From a virus (Duplodnaviria; Caudoviricetes): a stretch of DNA of 43,715 nt. The position numbers were made by a program, and so were the translations under genes. The DNA lies in the IMG/VR virus record IMGVR_UViG_3300037608_000054, positions 1 to 43,715 of that record. The stretch is one strand, 5' to 3'. Within the stretch, counting starts at the first letter, position 1, and the number at the start of each line of letters is the position of its first letter. Under the pieces are notes generated by a model that did no database searches, had not been told where the DNA came from, and worked only from the letters and a program-made list of their open reading frames with translations. Of the stretch, positions 1-8,715 are shown in pieces.

Positions 1-127
1 TTCGGTGGCCTTTGAGCTATCCTATATATATGACCAGACCTCGCAAGATGGGGACGAGCACGATAAACCCGGATTCCGATGCGCCGCCGCATTGGAGCCC
101 TAACCCTGGACCCCAGACCAAAGCCCT
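1..127. repeat. 127-bp direct terminal repeat, left copy (circular-assembly overlap)
   Basis: Identical to 43589-43715; 127 is a common assembler k-mer size; it falls across the 43238-43603 stop and the terL start. Confidence 0.95.
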
Positions 128-1475
128 TGAGATGGAGGATGTGGACGAGAAGCTCATGGGGGGAGGGAGAGGCGGAGGCAAGACGGACGCAGGCATGGTC
201 TGGATGGTGCATCCGACCTATGTGGAGAACCCGAGGTATCGGGGCCTTGTGATACGCCGGAACGCGACTGATTTGGGGGATTGGATTGACCGGGCGAGGT
301 GGATGTACCATCCCATAGGGGCGGAGTTCACGACCATGCCCATGGAGATACGGTTCCCGTCAGGGGCCATCATCAGGTTGGGGCACTTGCGGGATGACGG
401 GGCGTACACCAAGTACCAGGGCCATGAATACCAGCGGATGCTCATCGAGGAGCTGACCCATATCCCCTCCGAGGATTTGTACGAGAAGCTCATCCAGTCG
501 TGCCGGTCCACGGTCTTGGGCCTTAAGGAGAGGGTGTTCTGCACCACCAACCCTGATGGTGACGGGCGCATGTGGGTCAAGAAGCGTTTCGTCAACATCG
601 GCCATCCTGGGGAGGTGTTCACCGACCCCGATACCGGCAGGACCAGGGTCTACATACCCTCGACGGTCAAGGACAACCCCCACTTGATGCAGAATGACCG
701 TTACCTCAAGAGCCTCCAGGCCATCACCGACCCGGATTTGCGCAAAGCATGGCTTGAGGGGGACTGGGACTCCTTCTCCCTCAAGGGTTCGATTTATGGG
801 GAACTCGTGGTGGCCGCCAGGAAAGAGGGGAGGCTCACGAACGTCCCCTTGGAGAAATACTATCCGGTGGATACCTATTGGGATTTGGGCTACAACGACG
901 CCACGGCCATCGTCTTCGCCCAGCACGTCGGGGCTGAACGGAGGATAATCGACTATTACGAGATGAGCGGCATGGACATATCCCACTTCGCCGCCTTGTT
1001 GAGGCAGAAGGGATATTTCTATGGTGTCCATTGGCTGCCCCATGATTCCGCTTTCCATTCCATGCAGACCGGGAGGAGCATGTTCGAGATTCTCAGGGAG
1101 CTCCTTCCGCTGGAGGATTTCCGCGTCATCCCCCGCATGGGCGGACGCATGAACTCTGAGGTGCAGGAGGGCATCAACGCCGTCAGGATGATGTTCGGCA
1201 CCCTCTGGTTCGACGTGAAGAAGACCGGTCGCCTCATCGAGTGCCTTGAGAATTACCGTCGGGAATGGGACGAGATGCTCAAGGTGTTCCGCCCCAAGCC
1301 CGTCCATGATTGGGCCTCGAACGGCGCTGACGCCATCCGGGGCATGGCCGTCGTCTCGATGCTCATGGATTCCGAGGGGCGTTTCGTCGGGAAAGGCACG
1401 AGCGGCAAGAGGGTCGATGCCTTCGACGACTCCATGCGCTATGAGCGCCGGGACGATTCGCCTATCGACTACTGA
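30..1475 (+). CDS. terL: Terminase large subunit
   Basis: Q motif (PQ), Walker A GGGRGGGKT, Walker B MLIEEL, coupling motif TTNP, RNase H-like nuclease motifs WDLGYND and DAIR. ATG at 30 (TATG context) preferred over TTG at 12. Confidence 0.95.
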   Translation: MTRPRKMGTSTINPDSDAPPHWSPNPGPQTKALEMEDVDEKLMGGGRGGGKTDAGMVWMVHPTYVENPRYRGLVIRRNATDLGDWIDRARWMYHPIGAEFTTMPMEIRFPSGAIIRLGHLRDDGAYTKYQGHEYQRMLIEELTHIPSEDLYEKLIQSCRSTVLGLKERVFCTTNPDGDGRMWVKKRFVNIGHPGEVFTDPDTGRTRVYIPSTVKDNPHLMQNDRYLKSLQAITDPDLRKAWLEGDWDSFSLKGSIYGELVVAARKEGRLTNVPLEKYYPVDTYWDLGYNDATAIVFAQHVGAERRIIDYYEMSGMDISHFAALLRQKGYFYGVHWLPHDSAFHSMQTGRSMFEILRELLPLEDFRVIPRMGGRMNSEVQEGINAVRMMFGTLWFDVKKTGRLIECLENYRREWDEMLKVFRPKPVHDWASNGADAIRGMAVVSMLMDSEGRFVGKGTSGKRVDAFDDSMRYERRDDSPIDY

Positions 1476-1478
1476 AAT

Positions 1479-1487
1479 TGGTATAAT
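1479..1487 (+). promoter_or_regulatory. Extended -10 promoter (TGGTATAAT) upstream of portal
   Basis: Perfect TGnTATAAT in the terL-portal gap; same motif at 5767-5775. Confidence 0.6.
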
Positions 1488-1521
1488 GTAAGGATAAGAG
1501 GAGGGAACAAACAACCAAACT

Positions 1522-3573
1522 ATGCCTATCGTCACGGACCTCCTGGAGCGGAAGCGGGAACTCGATTCCAAGGAGGCGTATAACCCCTCTTCCGAGGAAT
1601 CGGAATACCTTTCGGAACTCCAGGCCAAATACCTGCGCAGCCTGTACTACCACACGTCCACCCATCGGTATTTCAATGATAAGTCGCTCTCCGATTACCT
1701 CGACCGATGCAATGACGATTCGTTCCTGTATGTCTCCCCGACGGCCAAGGACAACTGGCACTCGAAGACCCGCAGGCAGACGCCACGCGAGAAATTCAAT
1801 GCCCTGATGGCCGCCATCTTGGACCAGAACCTGTCGCCGGAGGTCTTCGCGGTGGACGCCAAAGGCAAAGACCAACGGGCCGCCGCCGATGTCGTGGATT
1901 CCCTCATCCGGTATTCGGATATAGTCGAGGACGCCGACACGAAACGCAAGCTCCGCGCCCATGAACTCCTGAAGAACGGGACGTGCGCGACGGAGGTCTC
2001 GTGGCTCGTGACCTGGAAGACGGTCAAGAAGCTCATGGGGGAGTTCGACCCAGCCGTGGGGAAAGCCAAGTGGACGAGCAAGGAGGAGAAGGACTTCGAG
2101 GGCATATGGACGAAGATAATCCCCCTGAACCGCGTGCTCCTGGGGGATGTGACCAAGTATTTCATCGAGGAACAGCCGTATATCTTCAAGGAATACGTGC
2201 TCCAGTACGATGAGGCATACATGCTGTTCAACAGATGGAGGAACTGGAGGCATGTCACCCCGGTGGGGGAGGCTTTCGATACCTGGAACGACACTTTGGC
2301 CCAATCCGACACGGAACAATCGACATCGAGCGACCGCATCTTCGTCCGCATGAGGGTGTACGAGAACAAATGGTCAGACGAGTACGCCATCGTCCTGAAC
2401 AACGTGCTGATGACCCCTCCGGGGTTCCCGATGCCGACGCCCGACAAGGGGTTTTCCTTGACCTGGACCCAGAACGAGGATTATGACCAGGCTTTCGCCT
2501 ATGGCCGGTCGTTCTATTCCATCGTCCATAACGATTCCGTGACCCTGGATTTCCTGTATAACGCGATGATTGACAAAGCCCGGCAAGGGTTGGAACCGCC
2601 GCTCATCACCAGCTTCAAGAACCTCATAAACAAGAACATGTTCGCCCCTGGCAAGGTCACGCACGGCGACATCAACTTCAAGCGTGCCGTTGACCATGGG
2701 GGCGTGTCTTCGGCGGACATCGAGATAGCCAGGTTCGTCGAGGACAACATCAACAAATCCTCGGTCTCCCCCGTCGTCCAGGGACAAGGCGGCGGGGTGG
2801 GGATGCAGACGGCCTTCGAGATACGCGAACAGCAGAAGGCGGCTTTGCGCATGATTGGGCTCACGTTGTATTCCATCGCCAGGATGGAGAAGGCGGTGGC
2901 CGAGAAGAAGCTGAGCTATATCCTCAAGCATTACCCCAAGATGAGGCTGAACAGGGTGGACGCCAAATCGAACGAAGTCATCTCCGTCGGCAAGACGTTC
3001 ACCGTCAGGGGGGAGGCTGCTGAATCGTCCGGCGTGGGCCGCAAGGAGATTTCCTTCTCCAACGAACCGATAGACGAGGGGGCGGATGTCTCGGACTTCC
3101 TGAAGGCCATGTCCGATGAGGAGATGGCTTCCCAAAACTCCGGTGAACGGATGAAGAGGTATATGGTCGATGCGGATTTCCTGCGTAAACTCAAATATGT
3201 GTTCCAGGTGGTCGTGAACCCGGCGAAGCGCAAGAGCCGTTTGGCGGATGTCGCCGAAGCCAGGGAGAAATACTCGGTGTATATCCAGAACCCGCTCATC
3301 GACCCGGAATGGGCCACGAGGCTCCTCCTCCGTGCGAACGAAGACGATGAGGAGGCCGCCATCAGACGGCAACAGCCGTCCCAGATGCCCCAAGCCGGGG
3401 GTATGGAGGATGCTTTCCAGCTTCGTGGCCGTGGGGGCATCGGTACCCAGGGGGCCATCGCCCCCTCCGGAGAAGGCTCGAACCAAGAGGCCATCGGGGG
3501 TGGCGGCCAGGCCGCGAAGCGCGTCTCGCCTAACCGACAGGCCATGCCGGAGGAAGCCGTTTCCCCCGTTTGA
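1522..3573 (+). CDS. Portal protein (P22/podovirus-like)
   Basis: 683 aa directly after terL; helical, with portal-like segments (LLKNGTCA, YGRSF, QTAFEI) and a low-complexity Q/G/A C-terminus. Confidence 0.8.
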   Translation: MPIVTDLLERKRELDSKEAYNPSSEESEYLSELQAKYLRSLYYHTSTHRYFNDKSLSDYLDRCNDDSFLYVSPTAKDNWHSKTRRQTPREKFNALMAAILDQNLSPEVFAVDAKGKDQRAAADVVDSLIRYSDIVEDADTKRKLRAHELLKNGTCATEVSWLVTWKTVKKLMGEFDPAVGKAKWTSKEEKDFEGIWTKIIPLNRVLLGDVTKYFIEEQPYIFKEYVLQYDEAYMLFNRWRNWRHVTPVGEAFDTWNDTLAQSDTEQSTSSDRIFVRMRVYENKWSDEYAIVLNNVLMTPPGFPMPTPDKGFSLTWTQNEDYDQAFAYGRSFYSIVHNDSVTLDFLYNAMIDKARQGLEPPLITSFKNLINKNMFAPGKVTHGDINFKRAVDHGGVSSADIEIARFVEDNINKSSVSPVVQGQGGGVGMQTAFEIREQQKAALRMIGLTLYSIARMEKAVAEKKLSYILKHYPKMRLNRVDAKSNEVISVGKTFTVRGEAAESSGVGRKEISFSNEPIDEGADVSDFLKAMSDEEMASQNSGERMKRYMVDADFLRKLKYVFQVVVNPAKRKSRLADVAEAREKYSVYIQNPLIDPEWATRLLLRANEDDEEAAIRRQQPSQMPQAGGMEDAFQLRGRGGIGTQGAIAPSGEGSNQEAIGGGGQAAKRVSPNRQAMPEEAVSPV

Positions 3574-3589
3574 TGTATAATGGAGAACG

Positions 3590-4003
3590 ATGGATTTCAC
3601 AGACATCCTGGCTAAACTCGAATTGACCCCCTCCCCAGGGGGACATTCGCTTGAGTTCCCCGGGTCGCCATATAATTCCGGGACCCAGATGGCTTTCCCG
3701 AAAGCGTACCTGGATAACGCAGTCCTTCTTTATGCGAACCCCATCCTCCGGGCGGAGGTAGAGGAGAAAGTGAAGGTCTTGGTCGAAGGCGCGATTGAGG
3801 CGAACGATATGGTCACGAAGGAGGCGTGCCGACTGTCCATAAAGGCAATCCTGTCTTTGTATGATTCGCTGAAGATGCTGCATGACAGGGCTTTGGAGGA
3901 GCGTGAACGCTTGCATGACGATGAATTAAACCCCGGAAGGGGGAGAAAGGAGGCCGCTGATGACGGGGATGGGATACCTGGTTTCGCTAACGATTCAGAT
4001 TAA
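3590..4003 (+). CDS. Hypothetical protein, head module
   Basis: 137-aa ORF after the portal; TATAAT at 3576-3581 just upstream. Confidence 0.6.
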   Translation: MDFTDILAKLELTPSPGGHSLEFPGSPYNSGTQMAFPKAYLDNAVLLYANPILRAEVEEKVKVLVEGAIEANDMVTKEACRLSIKAILSLYDSLKMLHDRALEERERLHDDELNPGRGRKEAADDGDGIPGFANDSD

Positions 4004-4012
4004 ACATCATTT

Positions 4013-4720
4013 ATGCCAGAAGAGAACGACCAGATGTCCTCGGCCAAGGAGGAAGAGGTTTTGGCGGATTCGGTGACGGAGGAGGCCGAGGGAAGCGTGG
4101 ATGCCGCCAAGGAAGAGGCCGAAATGACGCCTGAAGAGCTGAAGGACAAGCTCGAAAGGCTGACCCAAGAACGCGAGAGGCTGGTGGAGAAGGTCATCAG
4201 GCAATCCACCGCCCGAGCGGAATACAAACGGGAACTGAAGGCCGCGAAGGCCCAACTCAAGGAATTGACGGAGCATTTCGGTGATTTGCCGTCCAAGGAA
4301 AAACCTCCCGAAGCGGTGCAGACGGAGGAAGCCGCGTCCGTGCCCCCCTCTTCCGGTGGTGAACGGGACCTCGATAAGCTGGTGGAGGAGAAGTTGTACG
4401 AAAAAGAGGTCATCAAGACCATCAAGGGGAGGACCCAATATCGGGAGGACGCGGAAGTGGTCAAAGCCTATGTGGATAAGATGAGGAAAGGTGGGTTATC
4501 CACAGGCGATGCCGAGCAGGACGTTTCCCAGGCCATGCTCCTCCTCCAGAAACGCGAATTGAGCGGTGGGGAGATGCCTTCACCCACCTCATCCGGGGTC
4601 TCAGGTTATGGCTCCGAATCAAGGGAGCGCATCCCCAGGTCGGCCATCGAGATGGGACGGATGTTCGGCCATACGGAGGAGGACTTCAAGAAATATGGGG
4701 ATGGCGAGATTAAGCTCTAA
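4013..4720 (+). CDS. Putative capsid scaffolding protein
   Basis: Acidic N-terminus, long coiled coil, position between portal and capsid genes. Confidence 0.55.
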   Translation: MPEENDQMSSAKEEEVLADSVTEEAEGSVDAAKEEAEMTPEELKDKLERLTQERERLVEKVIRQSTARAEYKRELKAAKAQLKELTEHFGDLPSKEKPPEAVQTEEAASVPPSSGGERDLDKLVEEKLYEKEVIKTIKGRTQYREDAEVVKAYVDKMRKGGLSTGDAEQDVSQAMLLLQKRELSGGEMPSPTSSGVSGYGSESRERIPRSAIEMGRMFGHTEEDFKKYGDGEIKL

Positions 4721-4732
4721 TTACACAAAAAT

Positions 4733-5281
4733 ATGCCTAAAGGATACCCAAACCGTCCTGACCCGGAGCAAATCGGCCATGAACCGATGGAGATGCCGCA
4801 AGAAAAAGGGATTTCCCAGGAGACCCTTTCCGTCCTTGAGGAGATGCGCTCTTTGCGGGAGGCCATGGTCGAGCAGCAGAAGGAAATCTTGCGCCTCAAG
4901 GCCATCTCGGACGAGAACAAAGGCCGCGATTACGATAGCGCGCACGCCGACAAGTCGTTCAAAGGGCATTTGCGCTTCATCGAGACCCCGGATGACCCCA
5001 TAATCTTCTGGAAAACGGTCAAGAACATCTCGTCCATCGACCCTGTGACCGGGTTCCTCCTCCAGGACCAGAAACTGGAGGTGCACACCCTGAAAGGCGT
5101 CGTCCTTCCGTTGGTGGACATCCATACCTGGAACAGTTGGCGGTCTAACCAGACCAAATTCAAATTCCTGAGGATTGACCACCAGGTCGGGAAATGCGAC
5201 ATCCAGCTTTCGACCGATGCCGGGCAGAGTTATGTCGGTGAAGTAATCAAAGATTTGCCTTTAACTTACGTAAATCCATAA
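4733..5281 (+). CDS. Hypothetical protein
   Basis: 182-aa ORF with aaaaatATG start in the late operon. Confidence 0.7.
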   Translation: MPKGYPNRPDPEQIGHEPMEMPQEKGISQETLSVLEEMRSLREAMVEQQKEILRLKAISDENKGRDYDSAHADKSFKGHLRFIETPDDPIIFWKTVKNISSIDPVTGFLLQDQKLEVHTLKGVVLPLVDIHTWNSWRSNQTKFKFLRIDHQVGKCDIQLSTDAGQSYVGEVIKDLPLTYVNP

Positions 5282-5284
5282 AAT

Positions 5285-5761
5285 ATGGCGGAAGAGACGC
5301 TTTTGGGCCAAGAGGCCAAGCCTGTGGGGCTTTTTTTCGGGAATCGTGAGGTTGATTCCTATGGGGTAGCCTCCAACACCGATTGGTGTTGGGTCACGTT
5401 CAAGGACGGGACGAGGGAGATAATGAATAAGGATGAGTTCGAGGCGGCCAAGAGCGAAGGCCCTGGGTCGGAGGGGTTCGATTTCGACAAGAAACGTCTA
5501 TTGCCGGTGGCCGAGGACATCCTCAAATTGATATATAAATGGAATGTCCGCCTTGAGGACTTGGGGTTCCTGTTCCGTTTGGCCATAGATTCCATCCAGT
5601 TGACGGTCAACCAATCCAAGGAAGTCGCCTATGGCCAACCAGCCTGGTCGGTCCGTATCGATGATATCCAGAAGGTACTGGACGAAAAGAAGGCAGTCGG
5701 GGTAGAGCCGTCCAAGACGACCGTCCTCCGGGATGTGCAGGGGACTGTCATCAAGTATTGA
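5285..5761 (+). CDS. Hypothetical protein
   Basis: 158-aa ORF coupled to the previous gene. Confidence 0.7.
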   Translation: MAEETLLGQEAKPVGLFFGNREVDSYGVASNTDWCWVTFKDGTREIMNKDEFEAAKSEGPGSEGFDFDKKRLLPVAEDILKLIYKWNVRLEDLGFLFRLAIDSIQLTVNQSKEVAYGQPAWSVRIDDIQKVLDEKKAVGVEPSKTTVLRDVQGTVIKY

Positions 5762-5766
5762 TGTGA

Positions 5767-5775
5767 TGGTATAAT
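5767..5775 (+). promoter_or_regulatory. Extended -10 promoter (TGGTATAAT) for the capsid operon
   Basis: Perfect TGnTATAAT at the start of a 275-bp intergenic gap. Confidence 0.6.
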
Positions 5776-6036
5776 GGTGGGGTGCAGCCGCACCGCGCTT
5801 GGAACGCATACGGTAGGCCGGGGACTAGGCATGGACCCCGGCTCTCCGCTTGCCTCGCAAGGGCTCCCGTTACGGGATTCGGGCCATAATCCCGTCAGAC
5901 AAAAGGCATGGATAGCCTATCCGGGCTCCCTCAACCCGGAGGACCAATAGGGCAGGGAAGTGCGGAATAGCTGACCGCAGTTCCCTCGGAAGACGGAAAA
6001 GACCGTCTTTTTATCGTTTTAACCGTCAGACAACTT
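5776..6036 (+). ncRNA. Putative structured leader RNA upstream of capsid genes
   Basis: Consecutive stems 5817-5823/5836-5842, 5871-5878/5888-5895, 5916-5925/5935-5951, 5955-5965/5975-5985 and 5990-5996/6003-6009 plus a T-run. Confidence 0.5.
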
Positions 6037-6465
6037 ATGTCATTCATCCCCAAAGCGGCAGCCGACAATTCGTTCGCGTTGCGCTTCTTCCCCAAGACCG
6101 CCAGCCAGGCCTTCTCGAAGGACAGCCTGGTGGCTTGGCCAGCTTCCCAGACCGGGTACATCATCCCCGCCACTTCTTCGACCACGAAACATATCGGGAC
6201 CATCCTGAAGGCGGTCACTTCAGCCGATTCCGATTACGCCTCGAACACGCTCGTCCCGGTCCTCGTCCCGACCGCCGGTTCGTCTTCCGTCTGGGTCGCC
6301 ACGACCGCTTCAGCCGTGGCCACCGATGTCGGCGCGACGGCTGACTTGACGGATGCCTCGACCGTGAACCGCGGAGCAGAATCCGTCGGCGCTTTCCAGA
6401 TAACCGGCTACCGGTCAGCGACCGAAGTCGAAGGCTATCTGCTCCAGCCGACCTCCACGACGTAA
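6037..6465 (+). CDS. Putative capsid cement/decoration protein
   Basis: 142 aa, A/S/T/G-rich and beta-like, immediately before the major capsid gene. Confidence 0.55.
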   Translation: MSFIPKAAADNSFALRFFPKTASQAFSKDSLVAWPASQTGYIIPATSSTTKHIGTILKAVTSADSDYASNTLVPVLVPTAGSSSVWVATTASAVATDVGATADLTDASTVNRGAESVGAFQITGYRSATEVEGYLLQPTSTT

Positions 6466-6477
6466 TAGAGAAAATGT

Positions 6478-7482
6478 ATGCCTATCATCAATTCATCGAC
6501 CTACAACGATTTTGTCGCTAACACCAAAATCGAGTTCAAGAAAGGTTACGAGTACATCCAGCCAGTGGCCAGACAGCTCTATAACGTCCGCCAAGTCGGC
6601 GGCGGCATGGGCGACATCTTCCGGGTGGAGGAAATCGACGGTCCGGGTCTCGCTTCGCGCTTCACCGAGGGCGCAGATGTGCCGAACGGGCAAATCAACC
6701 TGGGATATTCCAAGAATGTCCAGGTGTACCGCATCGGCGAATCAATCGTCATCACCTGGTGGCTCCGCCATCACGGCAAATATGCCGAGATGATGGAGAA
6801 CGTCCGCAAGCTCGGCGAAGCCGTGGCCGAACGCATGGAACTGGATTTGACCCATCGTTTCACCTTCGCCACCGCCACCTCATATTCGGATAAGGACGGT
6901 AACACCGTCTCGACCACAGGCGGCGACGGCTTGGCGATGCTCTCCACGTCACATACCGTGACGGGCGTTTCGAGCACATACCGCAACCGCGTCGCCGGTA
7001 ATCCGCAGTTCTCCGCCGGTGCCTTGGAGGCAGCCGAGAACATCGGGAACCAGCAGATGATTGACAATGCCGGTCGCCGCGTCTTCCCGCGTTACGACAC
7101 AATCGTGACCGGTTCGGATGTCGTCCAGCAGCATGTCATCCAGAAGGTCATCAATTCGCTGGCGCCTGTCGATGCGCTCAACTCGAACGTGATGAATCCG
7201 CACCGGAACAAGTACAAGCTCTTGGTGCTGAAATTCCTCGATTCGACCGCCACCTCTGTCTATGATTCGTCCAAGAACAAGTATTGGTTCCTGGTGGATT
7301 CGTCCAACACGGGCCTCTACTGCTATGTCACCGAGAATCCGCACATGACGGCCCCGACCCCGGGCGGAGCTGGCGACAACTTCTTCAACGAGAATTGGAC
7401 GTTCAAGGCCACTTCGACCTACGGCATCGAACTCCTCCAGCCCCGCGGCATCATCGGGAGCACGGGTGATGGCACAGCTTGA
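6478..7482 (+). CDS. Major capsid protein (Mu gpT-like, HK97 fold)
   Basis: 334 aa; GGDGLAMLSTSH, YWFLVD and C-terminal YGIELLQPRGIIGSTG patterns typical of gpT-like capsids; position in head module. Confidence 0.85.
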   Translation: MPIINSSTYNDFVANTKIEFKKGYEYIQPVARQLYNVRQVGGGMGDIFRVEEIDGPGLASRFTEGADVPNGQINLGYSKNVQVYRIGESIVITWWLRHHGKYAEMMENVRKLGEAVAERMELDLTHRFTFATATSYSDKDGNTVSTTGGDGLAMLSTSHTVTGVSSTYRNRVAGNPQFSAGALEAAENIGNQQMIDNAGRRVFPRYDTIVTGSDVVQQHVIQKVINSLAPVDALNSNVMNPHRNKYKLLVLKFLDSTATSVYDSSKNKYWFLVDSSNTGLYCYVTENPHMTAPTPGGAGDNFFNENWTFKATSTYGIELLQPRGIIGSTGDGTA

Positions 7483-7483
7483 T

Positions 7484-7585
7484 ATGCCGAAAAACGCTAA
7501 GAAAGCCGTTAAGGCCGGAATCGCCAAGAACGGCATGAAAGCCGGTCAGAAGGTCGGCAAAACGGCCCGGAAAGGCTGCAAATAG
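7484..7585 (+). CDS. Small basic peptide, 33 aa (MPKNAKKAVKAGIAKNGMKAGQKVGKTARKGCK)
   Basis: TATG start 1 nt after the capsid stop; fills the gap; K/A/G-rich. Confidence 0.6.
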   Translation: MPKNAKKAVKAGIAKNGMKAGQKVGKTARKGCK

Positions 7586-7611
7586 CCCGACCGGCCTAAC
7601 CTGCAATACCT

Positions 7612-8622
7612 ATGCCTCTTAATGCACTCAACAAACAGGCCCTCATCTACGGGGTGGCTTCGCAAATCCCCGTGTTCGGACGCATCCTGGTGGTGAAGAG
7701 TTCGTCGGATACGGCGCACTACAACTACCAGGCTTTGAACGAAGCCTATGAGCCGCAGGATGGGCGTGTCCTGTTCTTCACCGATTTGGCCACGGCCTAC
7801 GCCGAAGCCCAATCGAACAACAACGATGTCATCTGCCTCGACGGGGCGACGACGCATACCGTCACGGAGATGCTCACCGTAGCGAAGAACCGCGTCCACT
7901 TCCTGGGGATGGACAGCGGTGGCCGCCTGGTCCAGCAAGGCGCCAAAATCCAGATGGGCGTGACCGGCGACGCCTCGGATTTGGCCCCCATCCTCGTGAC
8001 CGGCGTGCGCAATTCGTTCCGCAACCTGAAGGTCATCAACGCCTCGACCACGAACCAATCCCTCCATGGCTTCATCGACAACGGTGAAGGCACGCTCATC
8101 GAGAATTGCCACTTCGTGAAGACCGCAGGCTTGGATGACGCTGGCCATTCGCATTTCTGGATGGCTGGTGATTCCTGCACCTACCGGAACATCGTGGTCG
8201 GGCAATCGAACATCCCGAACACGGCAGCCGGTTACGGCATCCTCATCGACGGCAAGACCGGCGGGGCGACGGACGGCACCGTGAAGGAGAACTTCGCGGA
8301 GAACGTCATCGTCAACATGTCGGTCGGCGGTTCCGTCCAGGCCACGTCCTGCTTCATCAAGGTGGCCGATACGGCTGCCCTGAACTTCGGCAACCTCATC
8401 AAAGGTTTCGTCGGATGCAATTTCATCCCGTCAGGCGGGACCATCATGACGAACGGTGTCTTGGCCCCGGCCTCCATCGTCGCCGGTTCGCTGTTCCTTG
8501 TCGCCCCTGCGTTCTTCGGATGCACAGGCGTCTCGGACAACGCTTCCGCCGGTGTGCAGATTGCCGCTCCAGGCTTGGCGCCGGTAACCGCTGGCGGTTT
8601 GGCCGCCAACCTATCCGACTAG
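7612..8622 (+). CDS. Virion protein with parallel beta-helix (pectin lyase-like) fold
   Basis: DVICLD, FRNLKV, LIENCHF and YRNIVV beta-helix-type repeats. Confidence 0.6.
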   Translation: MPLNALNKQALIYGVASQIPVFGRILVVKSSSDTAHYNYQALNEAYEPQDGRVLFFTDLATAYAEAQSNNNDVICLDGATTHTVTEMLTVAKNRVHFLGMDSGGRLVQQGAKIQMGVTGDASDLAPILVTGVRNSFRNLKVINASTTNQSLHGFIDNGEGTLIENCHFVKTAGLDDAGHSHFWMAGDSCTYRNIVVGQSNIPNTAAGYGILIDGKTGGATDGTVKENFAENVIVNMSVGGSVQATSCFIKVADTAALNFGNLIKGFVGCNFIPSGGTIMTNGVLAPASIVAGSLFLVAPAFFGCTGVSDNASAGVQIAAPGLAPVTAGGLAANLSD

Positions 8623-8648
8623 ACGATAGTCGGCCACTTAATGAACTA

Positions 8649-8695
8649 ATCGGACGGGGAGCAGGGGGTGATGGAAACATCGGCTCCCCTCCGAT
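8649..8695 (+). other. Intergenic hairpin capped by GAAA tetraloop
   Basis: atcgga/tccgat, ggggagc/gctcccc and gatg-GAAA-catc. Confidence 0.55.
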
Positions 8696-8715
8696 GGGCT
8701 TATGCCAGAAAAAAT

